64,000 bases of DNA from the human T2T-CHM13v2.0 reference genome, Homo sapiens. The stretch lies in assembly GCF_009914755.1 (NCBI RefSeq), contig NC_060933.1; one strand, given 5' to 3'. Under the pieces are notes generated by a model, which did not search any database, had not been told where the DNA came from, and worked only from the letters and a program-made list of their open reading frames with translations. Each line of letters opens with the position of its first letter. The stretch's first letter is position 1. Both the position numbers and the translations under genes were made by a program. This document shows, piece by piece, positions 13,850 to 25,989 of the stretch.

Positions 13850-14045
13850 ATAGAGGGTTGAGTCTCAGCACTGCTATTAATTTCCTTGGGTGATTATTGT
13901 ATGTTTCTCAACCTCAGTATGTACATCTGTTAAATGCTAGCAGTCATAAAGAATTCTCTAGAGAGTTCGTCTGAAGAGATGATGAATGCATGCTGATGTG
14001 CTTTGGAACTATATAAAGCTATATAAATGCTAAATGTAATTGTTG
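13850..14045 (+). mobile_element. MIR (MIRc-like)
   Basis: CCTCAGTATGTACATCTGTTAAATG..GTGCTTTGGAACTATATAAAGCTATATAAATG. Confidence 0.65.
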
Positions 14046-14116
14046 AGTTTTAGGCTACATGATGTAGTTAAAATGAGTATACCTGTTTTCCAGGTAAGCA
14101 CTAAGCTTTCCTACCC

Positions 14117-14284
14117 TTTTTTTTTTCTTTCTTTTTTTGAGACAGAATCTCCCTCTGTCATCCAGGCTGGAGTGCAGTGGCATGGTTACAGCTCACTGTA
14201 CCTTTGACCTCTCAGGCTCAAGAGATCTTCCCACCCTAGCCTCCCAAGTGGCTGTGTCTACAGGTATACAATACCAAGCCTGGC
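14117..14284 (-). mobile_element. FRAM (free right Alu monomer)
   Basis: Single right-arm monomer with T-tail, bounded by TSD CTTTCCTAC(C/T)CTT on both sides. Confidence 0.85.
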
Positions 14285-14359
14285 ACTTTCCTACTCTTAT
14301 GTGTAAACATCTACCACCATCACTGTCTACACATACAGAACCTTGAAATGGATATGTAT

Positions 14360-14572
14360 TTCTTACTATGTTTAGCATTGTATAAACACTTTGCTAGTGT
14401 TTTCTCATGAATCCTCACTACATACTTTGAAGTAGTAGGCATTATTCCTAATATAAAGATGAAGAAGCTGAGGCTCAGAGAAACTAAGTACTTTTCCAAG
14501 GTAGGCAATAGATCTGGGAATCAAACCCAGGTATGTTTAAGGCCAAAGACTATAGTACTCATAATGTCATAC
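14360..14572 (-). mobile_element. MIR
   Basis: AGATGAAGAAGCTGAGGCTCAGAGAAACTAAGTACTTTTCCAAGGT..GGAATCAAACCCAGG. Confidence 0.85.
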
Positions 14573-14955
14573 TTTCCCCCTGCTTAAATTCCATTGTTCC
14601 CATGAAGTCCTTATTGAGATGGCAAATCAAAAGTGTTTTTTTCTGTCCTTTGGACCTTCACAAAGCTTTGCACTGGGCAGTTATATTTATCTCAGTTATT
14701 TGTGAATGCTTTCTCTAGACAAGCCACCTTCTAAGAGTGGTAGCTACAAAACTGATAAGAAATCTATTTCTTTGTTAATCAGCATAGGCTGTGTTATACT
14801 GTGGTAACAAAGAGGCCCAAAATTCTCAGTGGTTTATCATAACAAAGAAGTTTTTTCTTTCTCATGCTACATATTCAACTCCATGTGGAATGATGTCAGG
14901 CTCTGCTCCATATAGTCCCATAGAGACTCAGATTAAGTCTTGAACTGTGCTTTTC

Positions 14956-15345
14956 CTTTTTGTAATTTTGTGTGTGTGTGTGTGTGTGTGTGTTACTGTT
15001 ATCTTTTAACTTTTATTTTTTTTTATTTTATTACTATTATACTTTAAGTTTTAGGGTACATGTGCACAATGTGCAGGTTAGTTACATACGTATACATGTT
15101 CAGGGGTATATGTATGGGTTTGTTATATAGGTAAACTTGTGTCATGGGGGTTTGTTGTACAGATTAGGTATTAAGTCTAGTATCCAGTCGTTATTTTTCC
15201 TGATCCTTTCCCTCCTCCCAACCCTTCTCTCTCCAATAGGCCTCAGCGTGTGGTGTTCCCCTCTATGTGCCCATGTGTTCTCATCACTTAGCTCCCACTT
15301 ATAAGTGAGAACATGCTGTATTTGATTTGTGTGTCTTTGTACCTA
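14956..15345 (-). mobile_element. Truncated older L1PA (about PA10-16) 3' end with (TG)12 in its tail
   Basis: GTTTGTTATATAGGTAAACTTGTGTCATGGGGG..TAGCTCCCACTTATAAGTGAGAACATG; 13-bp TSD AACTGTGCTTTTC (14943-14955, 15346-15358). Confidence 0.9.
15020..15099 (-). mobile_element. Young L1PA (about PA2-PA4) extreme 3' end nested in the older L1
   Basis: TATTATACTTTAAGTTTTAGGGTACATGTGCACAATGTGCAGGTTAGTTACATA, near-identical to hominoid L1 3' ends. Confidence 0.88.
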
Positions 15346-15589
15346 AACTGTGCTTTTCTAGCTTTGTTGAGCAAGAAGGAGAATGAAAAATTATACATTC
15401 ATTTCTTAATTCTTCACTGCTTCAACTAAGAAGTGATACATATTATTTTTGCTCACATTTTTTGGCCTGGACTAGTCACATGCTGGTAACTGATGGCAAG
15501 AGAGAGGGCATTTTGAGGAGTAAATGGAATGACTCTGCTACATGCTTGCCTCTTAGAAACTCATAGTCCAATGTCATTTTCTAAAATAC

Positions 15590-15892
15590 AAGCATCACAA
15601 GGACAATAATTTTTTTTTTTGCCTTTTTTGTTCACTGGCATATTCTAAGCACTTAGGACAGTGCCTGGCACATAGTCAACCTTCGAGAAACATTTGCTAG
15701 TTGATTTCCTGTAAAGAGATTCACAACAGTAGTTATTTTGGTTATTTGTATCCAGGTATTTTGTTCCTTGGTAGACTGTGCAAGCATTGAGGAAATCATC
15801 TGTATCTTATACACCTTCATCTTCCCTGCCTTTCACAGCCCAGCATAATATTTACACATAAAAGAAAGTGAACAAACATTTATTGATTAATC
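15590..15892 (+). mobile_element. Two L2 3'-end fragments
   Basis: TTGTTCACTG..AGCACTTAGGACAGTGCCTGGCACATAGT; TAGACTGTGCAAGC..AAACATTTATTGATT. Confidence 0.7.
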
Positions 15893-16075
15893 ACATAATG
15901 CATTTCTGAACTTTGTGAGGTGGTGACAGTTCTTTCTACCCCATCACAGTTTACTTGGAAATGTGTGCATTATATATTCAAAGACAATGTACCACTCAAT
16001 ACATGTTGCTCATGCTCTGTCTTAAAGTGGGTCAGAGATGTTGCTAATGCACCTTTGGAGATGAGGAGAATATGG

Positions 16076-16319
16076 CTTCCTCCCTTCCTCTCTCCATCCA
16101 TTCCTTTCTCTCTCTCCTTGTGTTTCTCTTTCCTTCCTTCCTTCCTTCCTTCCTTCCTTCCTTCCTTCCTTCCTCCCTCTCTTTCTTTCTTTCCTTCTTT
16201 CTTTCTCTCTTTCTTTCTCCCTTCCCTTCCATTCCCTTCTCCTTCCTCCCTTCCTCCCTTCCTCCCTCCCTTCCTTCCTTCCTTCCCTCCTTCCTTCATT
16301 TCTTCCTTTCTTCTTTCCT
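16076..16319. repeat. Polypyrimidine (TTCC/TTTC/TCCC)n tract
   Basis: ~245 bp almost purely C/T; explains the low-complexity ORFs here. Confidence 0.95.
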
Positions 16320-17139
16320 AGAAACACATTAGCAGGGTCCTGCTCTGCACACAAATGGTCTTAAATCTTAGACAAGTTCCTATTGACTCAAAACAAAGAT
16401 AACTAATCATATATTAGGTCCTTCTAAAAAGTGAAGAAAAAGTGAAGAATTAGCAAGAAACCAATATAACCTGTTTTCTGTATGTTTACAGTAAATAGAA
16501 TATGATCAATGTCTAATTTGGCTTGAGGCCTCATGTACATGGGACTTAAACTATACCCATTTTCCTTGGTGGCCAATCACACCTATTCAAGGCATAAGAA
16601 TGTCAAAAGAAAAAAAAAATTGCAGTGCTCCCAACCATACATTTTCATTAATACCTTATTTTTAGTTTATTCATTTTTCAAACAACACTAATTTATTTTA
16701 AAATATATAACAGCATGTAGGGTTTAAAATGATCAATGGGATTTAACAATAAAACAAGTCATGTTTGGATCCGGCTGAATGGCCTTGAGGAAATGAATTA
16801 GTTGTCCTTTGTTTTGTAGTGAATATTGTATTGAGTAATACAGAAATGATGCTGAGTGTCTGAAGGAACAGTTTTGAGATTTAAATGAGATAATGTCTAT
16901 AAAGTTTTTGGTCCAGTACCTTGCCTATGGGGACCACACAACAAATCATGGGAGAGAAAGAATTTTTTTTAAAGTACTGATGTGATCTTGAGTATCGAAA
17001 CTTCTTGTTCTCTATGGACAAGCAAGCTATCTTTCTTCAATTTGACTCTATTTCTGTTTCTGCTGTCCCTACAATGAGAATCCAGTTATATCTTTACTTT
17101 CAAAATGAGATCCAATTAACATCTACAAGGAACCTATGA

Positions 17140-17766
17140 CACTACTGTTTTTGGCTATAAGATAAACATTGTCTCACAAACAGTAGGTTAAATGAATTAA
17201 GAGTTTTTTGGGTTTGTTTTCTTTTGTTTTAGAAATGAGGTCTCTCTACGTAGTTCAGGCTGGTCTAAAACTCCTGGGCTTAAGCAATCCTCCTGTCTCA
17301 GGTTCCCAAAATTCTGGGATTATGGGCGCAAGCCACGCGGTGGCCCAAGAGTTCATTTTCATCTCACACAAAAGAAGTTCAGATGTTAACACTCCCGGGA
17401 TCACAAGTCATCAGAGACTTAGGCTTTTTCCAGCTCTTGACTACCATCTTTAGGGCGTGTTCAAACTTTAAAATGACTGCTAGAACTCCAACTATCAAGT
17501 CTGTATTCCAGAAAGAAAGAAGAGAAAGAGCAAAGGGGGACTGACCCTTTAAAAACAACAATTTAGAAGCCCTTCCTAAAACTATCCACTTACATTTCAT
17601 TGACCATTTTTAGGCACATAGGAGGATAGAAAATGTAATTTTAATTTTAACTGTTTATTGCTCTTCTCCAACCCTCCCCCACCTCCACCTCAATTGGTTT
17701 GTTTACTATTCATCATGAGGGATGGAAGAGGAGATTTAGGGTAGGTCACAAGTAGTCTTTGCCACA
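17140..17766 (-). mobile_element. MLT1J-like MaLR LTR with nested FLAM
   Basis: AAAATGACTGCTAGAACTCCAACTATCAAGTCTGTATTCCAG..CACTTACATTTCATTGACCA; ends TTTGCCACA. Confidence 0.7.
17206..17346 (-). mobile_element. FLAM-C (free left Alu monomer)
   Basis: Single left monomer (CTCCTGGGCTTAAGCAATCC..CCCAAAATTCTGGGATTA); TSD AAGAGTT (17199-17205, 17347-17353). Confidence 0.85.
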
Positions 17767-18143
17767 ATAGCCATTCTCCATTTATTGAGTCAATGCTTAT
17801 TTATTGACCACCTCCTATGTGACAGACATTGTGTTGGGCTGCAGAAGTGATTATGGAGACAATTACCTGCCTTTACTGAGAGCCAAAGAAACAGAGAGAG
17901 TAGAGGATCTAAGTTCAGGAGATATGTGCTATACAGCCAGGAGATAAATACTGGAAGTAAGGTACTAGTAGAGTCAAGAATCAGAAGCCAGTAGCCAAGA
18001 TACTGCTGGAAGCCTGGTAATCACAGCAGGGAGAGAGTCCAGTTGGCAATGAAAGGGTTACACCAGATATCAGACACTTTCTCTAATTATAAATTCCCTA
18101 CCCTAAATCCTAAAGTGGATTTCCAAATGATAAAGCTTATAAT

Positions 18144-18610
18144 TGTGTAGTCAACTATGGTTTTATGGTAATTTGGGATATTGTTCTGCATTCATTATCC
18201 CTTCTCTTTGGTAAAATTATACATTCACACCCTTTCCAAGGGAATTCCATGTCTGTCACCAGAGTAGGCAGAGAGAGCACATTTCCTAACCCAGAAATGG
18301 GCTTGGTCATGTGACTTCATTTGGCCTATGGGATGTCAGTAGATATAATGTGAGTAGGGCCACTAAGTGTGTTAATGTGGTTTGCCTTATCCTCCTCTGC
18401 TTCTGCCATCTGCCATAATACCCTGGGTAGCTTATTCGCCAGAGAATGAGAAAATATGTTGAGCAGATGTGAACAGACGTATAGCCAAGAGCCAAGCCCA
18501 TTCTATTGGAGCAGAATCACAGCCAACCCATAGGGTTAAGAAATAAACTTGTTGTAAGCCACAGAAATTTGAGTTTGTTTATTACTCAGAATTATTACAG
18601 CAATATACAA
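18144..18610 (+). mobile_element. MLT1G/H-like MaLR LTR
   Basis: GGGCTTGGTCATGTGACTTCATTTGGCCTATGGGATGT..AAATAAACTTGTTGTAAGCCAC. Confidence 0.75.
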
Positions 18611-18909
18611 TGCCCTTTTTTTCTTTTTTATATCTTGCTTAGTGCCTGTGACAATCATGCATTTCATGCTCAGTTTAGAGATACGTAATTAAGGTTATAA
18701 TAAGTTACATAGCTTTAATAGAAGGCACAGAAGTAAAAGATTCAGAAGAGTCATAAATATACTGATGCCTGTTAGCCTCTAAGACTTTCTAGTTTTCCAA
18801 GCTACCACTCCTAACTTTTGTCTACATTTTCTCATAGGGTTGTCATATAATCACATAAGATAATGTAATGAAAATATCTTTGTACAGCATAGGAAGTCCT
18901 CAATTTTTA

Positions 18910-19300
18910 GTTCATGAGTTTCAGGTGGATCAAAATCAATACCTGGCCTTCCAGGTGAGAGCATGACACAGGCCTGACCAATCAAAATACTGAAAAACTC
19001 TGGTTAAAATGACTGGTTCAGGGATGGGCAAAGTCAGGTCAATCAGAAACCTGAAACCATCCACAAAGAGTCACTTCCTCCCCCTGAGACACTGAGCACT
19101 AAGGCCCAGGTAGGCCTGAGGCTGCCAAAAGCTATCTTTGTCACCGTAAGAAGAAAACCTGCTTGCTTTTTCTCTACACAGAAGAAACCACAGCAGGGAA
19201 TGCACCCCAAAAAAGACAGGGAAAAAAAAAAACAAACAAAACTAAGTTGTGATGACCTCAGTTATACAGCTGGATTCAGTCATTCCTGAAGTATTTTCTT
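18910..19300 (+). mobile_element. LTR16-like ERVL LTR fragment
   Basis: GCATGACACAGGCCTGACCAATCA..TGACTGGTTCAGGGATGGGCA..CTGGATTCAGTCATTCCTGAAG. Confidence 0.7.
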
Positions 19301-20778
19301 ATTTTTTGGCTAAAAGAAGAAAACAGGAAAAGATAACCAATATTAAGTACATTAGAAATATCGTGAGATCAGCACCTTGCTTTTGAGTTAAAAAAATGTC
19401 CTTGGAATCACATATTTTAGCTACCATTTATTGCCTCTGCCTCTTAAAATTCTTGGTGACAAACAGAACCAGGATAATTGAGGGGTGATATTGCTGGAGT
19501 CTGATTAATCAAATCAAAGATTCATTGTAACTGTTTCCAAATTTTGCTTACCTTCTGAAAAGCAAAGTTAACCTCTAGCACACCATCTCCTCCCTGCCTC
19601 CCAGATAAAAAACTTTACCCTTGTCTGAAAACTTATACATTTTTTATTTTTGGTTACAGTGTTTTAAATCTGTCTGCTGTATGAAGCTCAGTGATCTTTT
19701 CCACTCCTGAGTAAACCAAAAGTGGCTCTGTGTGTGGGGAAGGCATGGCATATTAGTGGCGACACATTCCTTATTCTTTCAATTTCACATATTAGAGGAC
19801 TGGTTACAAAGGAATGGCCTGACGATTTGATACTCTCCCTTTTCTGATTTGTAATAACCTGCTTCCACTCAGCTCCTGCTTTTCAGAGACTATTGTCCTA
19901 TATGAAACCTCTTCTTTATCCAACTGTCAGGTATTGCTAAGAAATGGGGATCATGGTGGAAGAAAGCAGGATGTACTAATTACCAGGAAAAAGATACCAG
20001 TATCTAGTTAACATTATTTGCTGAAATAATGTTGGACCACTGAGAAAATAGGGCTAGAGTATTTTCCCCTGTAGCAGGAGATAGCAGGAGGGCCTGTAAG
20101 AGAACACAGAATCTGAGCAATGGGAGGGAAAGTGGCAATTCCAAATACATGAGGATTTACTCTTTCAAGCCATCATGAGAAAATGAAGAATGTGGGATGT
20201 GTAAGATGTGCTGGTTGGTTTAATATTTTTGGTTTAGTAACCAAAATCACATAACTAGGAAATCGGGCAGTGATGATTAAACCTTGGGTTTGTGTGACAC
20301 CAAAACATATATACTTTATTTTTTTATTCCTTTTTCTAAAAACATGTATGTAGGATTTTACTTGCTGCTCCTTGTGATTCTGGCTAATGAATTGTTTGCT
20401 GATGTAATGTGTATTCCTTCTAGGCTAGCATATTCAAGTGCCAGAGTAGCATCCTTGAGAGCCCCCTTCATCATTTTGCGCAGGAACCAGAAAAGGTCAA
20501 GATGATCACTTGCCTATCATCCTGAGTCTCTAAATGGCCAGAGTCAACCTCGATAGACAAGTAGAATAAGGGCAAAATACTTACTCTTTTAATCCATTAA
20601 AGCTTAAGGTTTTTTAAAAGTTACTTTTCATGAACAGAAATATTTTGATGGGCATATGTTATATTACAGACACTATACAAGGCATATTACTTACATTACA
20701 CAATTTAATCTGTACAACAATGTTGCAAGTTATGTACTTTTATTTCCATTCTTATATAGACATTAAACATATCACACA

Positions 20779-21320
20779 GTGTTCAAATTACCTTTTGCTT
20801 TATAACAAACAAACCTAAAACCTAGTGAATTGAAACAATTTATGATTATCTCTCAAGGTTCTATAGTTGTCTTGGTATCATCTGGGCAGTTCTAAACTGG
20901 TTCTTTCATGTTATGGCAGTCAGATATTGGCTGGGACTACAATCATTGAAGGCTTGACTCAGCTGGCATCCAAGATGGCTCATGAACATGACTGGCAATT
21001 AGTGCTGGTTTGGGGCTGGGAAATCACCAGGGTTGTCAACTAAAACTCCTGCATGTGGCTTGTTTAGGTGACTTGGACATTTCAATCATGATAGCTGGAG
21101 TGCTTGACAGAGGATTACACAAGACACAAGGAGAAGCTTTAGGTCTTATTATGGCTTACTCTTGAAAGCCCAAGGATGTATTTTTCACTGCATTCCACTA
21201 GTAAAGAAAGTTGTTAAGACCAGCTCAGGCTTAAGGGGTGGATAATTTGACACAAGGCACAACATGCTTGCACAAGAAGAAAAGGAATGCACAGTGGCCA
21301 TCCTTGGAGTCTTATATGTT
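20779..21320 (-). mobile_element. MLT1F/H-like MaLR LTR
   Basis: ATAACAAACAAACCTAAAACCTAGTG..TCCAAGATGGCTCA..CACTGCATTCCACTAGT. Confidence 0.75.
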
Positions 21321-21457
21321 ATATGCAATTTATAAAATACAATCCTTTTCCTTGGTAAGATTATCATATGTAAGAGCTTTACAAGCTTTCATGAAAATAA
21401 TCTACTTACGGGGGCAGGGATTGAAGCTGGGCAGAGCATGGTGGTTGATATGCTTTT

Positions 21458-21840
21458 GTGTAGGTCAAGATGGGTGAGATTATGTGTGAAAGTATACCAG
21501 CCCCAAACCACAGTCTTAACACAATAAATTTACTTTTTGTTTACACTCTGTGTACAAAATTGTTGAAATGGGAATCTGCTTATTATAATCACTCAGGGAT
21601 TTAAACAGATGAAGTTTCATCTCATTAGACTGTACCTTTTGAACATTTTCAGTATCAGCAGAGCAGAAGAAGAAAACGCAGGACATTATATTCTTAATTA
21701 TAAAGCTTCCATCTGGGAGTGAAAAACATCATTTTTCTTACCTCCCATTGGCCAATGCAAACCATATGGCCCTGTCTAAATTCCTGCTATGTGCCCATAA
21801 GGTATGTCAGAATATTTGAAATAGCTCTAATACCTCCACA
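21458..21840 (-). mobile_element. MLT1K/L-like LTR
   Basis: ATCACTCAGGGA..AAAGCTTCCATCTGGGAGTGA..CCATTGGCCAATGCAAACCATATGGCC; ends CCACA. Confidence 0.65.
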
Positions 21841-22328
21841 CCATGTTATCTGAATTCTTATATATTAGGACCAGATTGAATTTAGATAAAGCAGGGAAAC
21901 TGAAAATCATCTTTATCTTCTGGGTCTCATATTTCTTTCAATGTACATTAATTTTCAAAGGCCATTACATTTGCTGAGTGTAATAGGCACAATTATTATA
22001 TTTATATTTGATATCACATACAATTTACAGCTGGGTAAGTTCATATATAGTTACGTAAATTGATGTCTATAAGTTATATGTGGAGTTTTCACATACCTAT
22101 AATTTCTGATTTTTTTTTTCACTTCAATTTAGGTAGAGGGGTTAATATTTGTTCTGGTTTGTCAATCTAAAAGTAGAGTCAAAAAATAAAATGATTGGCT
22201 TTAGATTATATCGCACAGTTCTTTGACCCTCAAACAAGACATTTACTTCTGTACCAGGGATCCTGTACTTGTACTTGGAGTCTTAGTGAGGGTTCAAATT
22301 ATCCATGAAGCCTGTAAACTTGCCGCAT

Positions 22329-22386
22329 TGTGTATGTGAGTGTGAGTGTGTGTGTGCATGTGTGTGTGCTAGGTCTGTGTGTGTGT
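22329..22386. repeat. Imperfect (TG)n microsatellite
   Basis: Interrupted TG run read directly. Confidence 0.9.
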
Positions 22387-23444
22387 TCTTTTTTGAGTGG
22401 CTTAGGTTCACTATACCACAGCATTGTTGCAAACAATTAATAGGTAAATGGACATTTGAGACTGAGATGCCATTAATTCATCTGATTTCTACACATATAG
22501 TAGGTCTTAACATCAAAAGGTTGATGAATTGTTTAAAGAAAAACATGATGGGGCTTCCTAGACCTCCTCATTTAACAGATTTCATACTTGGGCTTCTTGC
22601 TGAGCCTTTTCTTCTGCCTCTTGCCATTGATTGTAAAAATCGAAGCTTCCTTCACGGGAAGCACTGAACAAGACATTCCATGTTTTCAGTGTAAAGTCCA
22701 TCATTTCCAGCGTGGCTCACATCTCAGTGGGTGACAAAACTTCCTGATGTCCTGGAAAAGCTCTGCAAGTACTCAGGCCCTTGCCCACTTATTTCAGATC
22801 ACTGGTTTGTTACCATTAAGTAAGCATTTTTATTTTAAATCTCTATTTACATTTATCAGGGCCCTTTCAGCTCAATTTGCAAAATGATGATTTGTATATA
22901 TCTAAAACAGTACATCATGGGGTTCAGGTCATTTGCATTCCACAGTCATTTACTGAATACGTACTTTTTGCAATACAGCCATACAAGAAGTCACAAGCAT
23001 AAGGCACGGGTCATGTCAGTCTTGCATATATGAAATCTAAACATCAGTATACATAAGCAAATATGGTATAGAGGAGTCAAACTGGCCTGGTTTGAATATC
23101 TTTTTCTGCTAGCTCTATGACTTAACTTTCTTGAGTTTCAGTGATTTCAACTATAAAGATGAGGCAACTGAGACCTATTAGAGAGTTATTTTGAAGATAT
23201 AATGTAAAATGTCACATCAAATTGGGGGTAACACAGGTAAAAATACACAAATTAGGGGACGTGCATGACCTATTCAGGGAATAAATTTTGAGTATAAAAT
23301 ATAGGGAAGTTATAAGCAAAAGTGAGGCCAGAGAGAGAAACCAGGATCTTAAATCTCAAACTCACCCATTTGGACTTCATCCTGAAGTTAAAGAAAAGCC
23401 AATAAAAGGTTGAGAAAAGATTAGAAAGAATATAATCAACTTTT

Positions 23445-24600
23445 AAAAAACTTTTTATATAAAAACAATTTAATATTTGATAAGAAGTTTCAAAACTTAT
23501 ATTTTCAACATCCTTCATGCAGCTTACATCTTACATAACTATAGTACAATGCCAAATCGAAGAAATCAGCATTGATGTGATACTATTAAACCACAGATCT
23601 TACTCAGGTTTCACTAGGTTTTTTAAACATTTAATTAATTACTTAATTTTAAGTTTACAACTTAAAATTATATATATTTATCAAGTACAACGTGATGCTT
23701 TGAAATATGTACGCATTGTAGAATGGCTCAGTTGAGTAAATTGAACATATGTATTATTTCACACTTAACATTTCTTGTGGTGAGAACACTTAAAATCTAC
23801 TGTATTAATGATTTTCAAAATATAATACATTGCTATTAAATATAGTCACTGTGTTGTACAGTAGATCTCTTGAATTTATTCCTCCTATCTAACTGAAATT
23901 GTGTGTCCTTCGGCTAGTATCTTTTCAACCCTGCTCTACTCCCACCCCAGCCCCTTGTAAGCATCATTCTACTCTCTGCTTCTGAGTTCAACTTTTTAGA
24001 TTCCATGTATAGGTGAGATCACACAGTATATGTCTTTCTGTGTCTGGTGTATGTCATTTAACATAATAAAGCCTGTCACTTGTGACAACATGGATGAACT
24101 TGTTGGACTTTATGTTAAGTGAAATAAAGTTTCACTGATTTTTACATGCAATTTATTTTTGGTGTATAATATAATGCAATGTTATTTCATGTATAGTTGT
24201 TCTAACCACTAACACAATCAAGATACATAACTGTTCCATCACTACAGAGAAAATTCCTGCTGTTATTTCTTTATAGTCACACTCTCCACTCTCCCATAGC
24301 CTTAACTCCTGGCAACCACTGAACTCTTCTGTACCCCTAAAGTTTTGTCATTTTGAAAGTGTTATACGAGTAGACTCATACAATATGTAACATTTCAGGA
24401 TGCTTTTTTTTCACTTAGCATAAAGCCTCTGAGATCTACGTATTAGATGGGATGAGTGCTGTTCCATTTTGTGGATGTGCCAGAGATTGTTTATCCATCA
24501 GTCCACTGAAAGAAATACATTTGAGTTTTCTTCAGTTTAGAGTTATTACAAATAAAGCTGAAATAAAAAATTATTTACAGGTTTCTGTGTGGACATATTT
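23445..24600 (-). mobile_element. L1MC-like 3' end (host of the inverted L1MA)
   Basis: ACATCTTACATAACTATAGTACAAT..AACCACTAACACAATCAAGATACATAACTGTTCCATCAC..CCTGGCAACCACTGA. Confidence 0.75.
23624..24128 (-). mobile_element. L1MA (MA8/9-like) 3' end with 5' inversion
   Basis: Antisense GTGGTGAGAACACTTAAAATCTAC..TAGATCTCTTGAATTTATTCCTCC to 24067, then sense ACAACATGGATGAAC 24068-24128; TSD core GTTTCACT at 23608 and 24129. Confidence 0.85.
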
Positions 24601-25989
24601 TAATCTTACTTTAGAAAGAAAATAGGAAAAAAAGGCTTTAACTTTTTGAAGAAGTAGGTCTTCAGGAATGAGAGAAACAATTCATGTGTTCATCTCTAAT
24701 CCTTTCAAGGATGGAGTGTAAACTTAGGACAGTTGTGGGAGGATAGAAGAGAAAGATTTGGGAAAAGTCCATCAGAATGTTGACTTAACTGATTCCTTAG
24801 ATGTCAGTGGTGGTAGTTTGGATGGTGCGTAGACAAAAGTAGTTCAAAAATTTCCAGTTGGAGAATGTGGTGTTGATTTTGTCATCAATTAAAAGGCACA
24901 AAGAATAAAGAGTTTATGTTGGTGCTATTGAATAGGAAAGCAGGAAGCATTCATGTGGAAATGTGTAACAGGCATTTGGAGATTTGAACCAAGTACTCAG
25001 AAGTGAAATCAATGTTGGCAATAGAGATACATGAGTCGTTGCCAGGGAAGGGATAGATTCAGCCAAGGCTGTAGAGAAGATTGCAAGGGAAGAGCAGCAA
25101 ACATCCCAATAGAAAGAGATTGGGTATGATTTCAATGTGACTATTTCTAGCCCAGATTACAACAAAAATCTTTAGACTTTATCCACCTAGGTGCATAAGA
25201 TGACTTTAATCTCCAATTTATGTTCTGTAGAAGTTTACAATTCTCTCCAAGTTTCCCAGAAATTCGCAAGAGCATATTTTCTCCTGGTCACTTCTGGCAT
25301 GGTGTAGGTGTACCTCCACATAAGCTGTTTTCACTGGACTCTGTCATTTGCCCAGACATCCTACTCAACCTTTTTCTTTTATCCCTTCCACCACAAACCC
25401 TCAAACAAAACAAAGCAAAACAAAATAAATAAATAAAAAATAAAAAAATAAAAAACAGGCAACGATGGCAACAGCAAAACTTTAGCACAAACCACTTAGC
25501 ATCTATGTAATATTAACTTATCTCTTACTAAAGCTTCCAAGTAATTCTGTGGATGCTTTGAACAACAAAATCATCCTTAATGTGATCAAATAATTACTGA
25601 ACAAAATTTAAAATTTTTGAAGCATTTTAATTTTACGGTTGTTTCCCTCAATTTGATATTTTATCAGACTATTGGTATTTTCAGATGCAACATCATTTTG
25701 GGAAGCTGAGGACAGGATAATTTATATCAAACACAGAGTCATAACTAACTAGATTTGTGATTTAAGAAAGGCACTGAATTTCTAGGAGTCTAAGTAGCCT
25801 CATCTTTGAAATGTATGCAATCTAAGTCATTTGTACTTAAGAGCACTTTGAGGATAAGATAAAACTTTTGATGGGGAAAACTTGGAAAATCAGAAGTACT
25901 GAAAAATGTTAGTCTTTCTTACTACCAATAGAGTAATAATTTTATTCTTCCATTAGTTCATTCCAGAATCATTTATTGTATGTATGTTA

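Larger units (their letters stand above)
14772..15542 (-). mobile_element. MLT1 (K/L-like) MaLR LTR, split by L1 insertion
   Basis: ATAGGCTGTGTTATACTGTGGTAACAAA..CTCAGTGGTTTA; resumes after TSD, ends CTCTGCTACA. Confidence 0.7.

Noticed and set aside
15920-16354. Overlapping 62-133 aa ORFs (also 41424-41747)
   Set aside because: Stop-free frames created by (TTCC)n/(GGAA)n simple repeats.
25403-25456. Orphan A-rich tract suggesting a processed pseudogene tail
   Set aside because: No TSD and no recognisable upstream transcript; ordinary low-complexity (CAAAA/TAAA)n.
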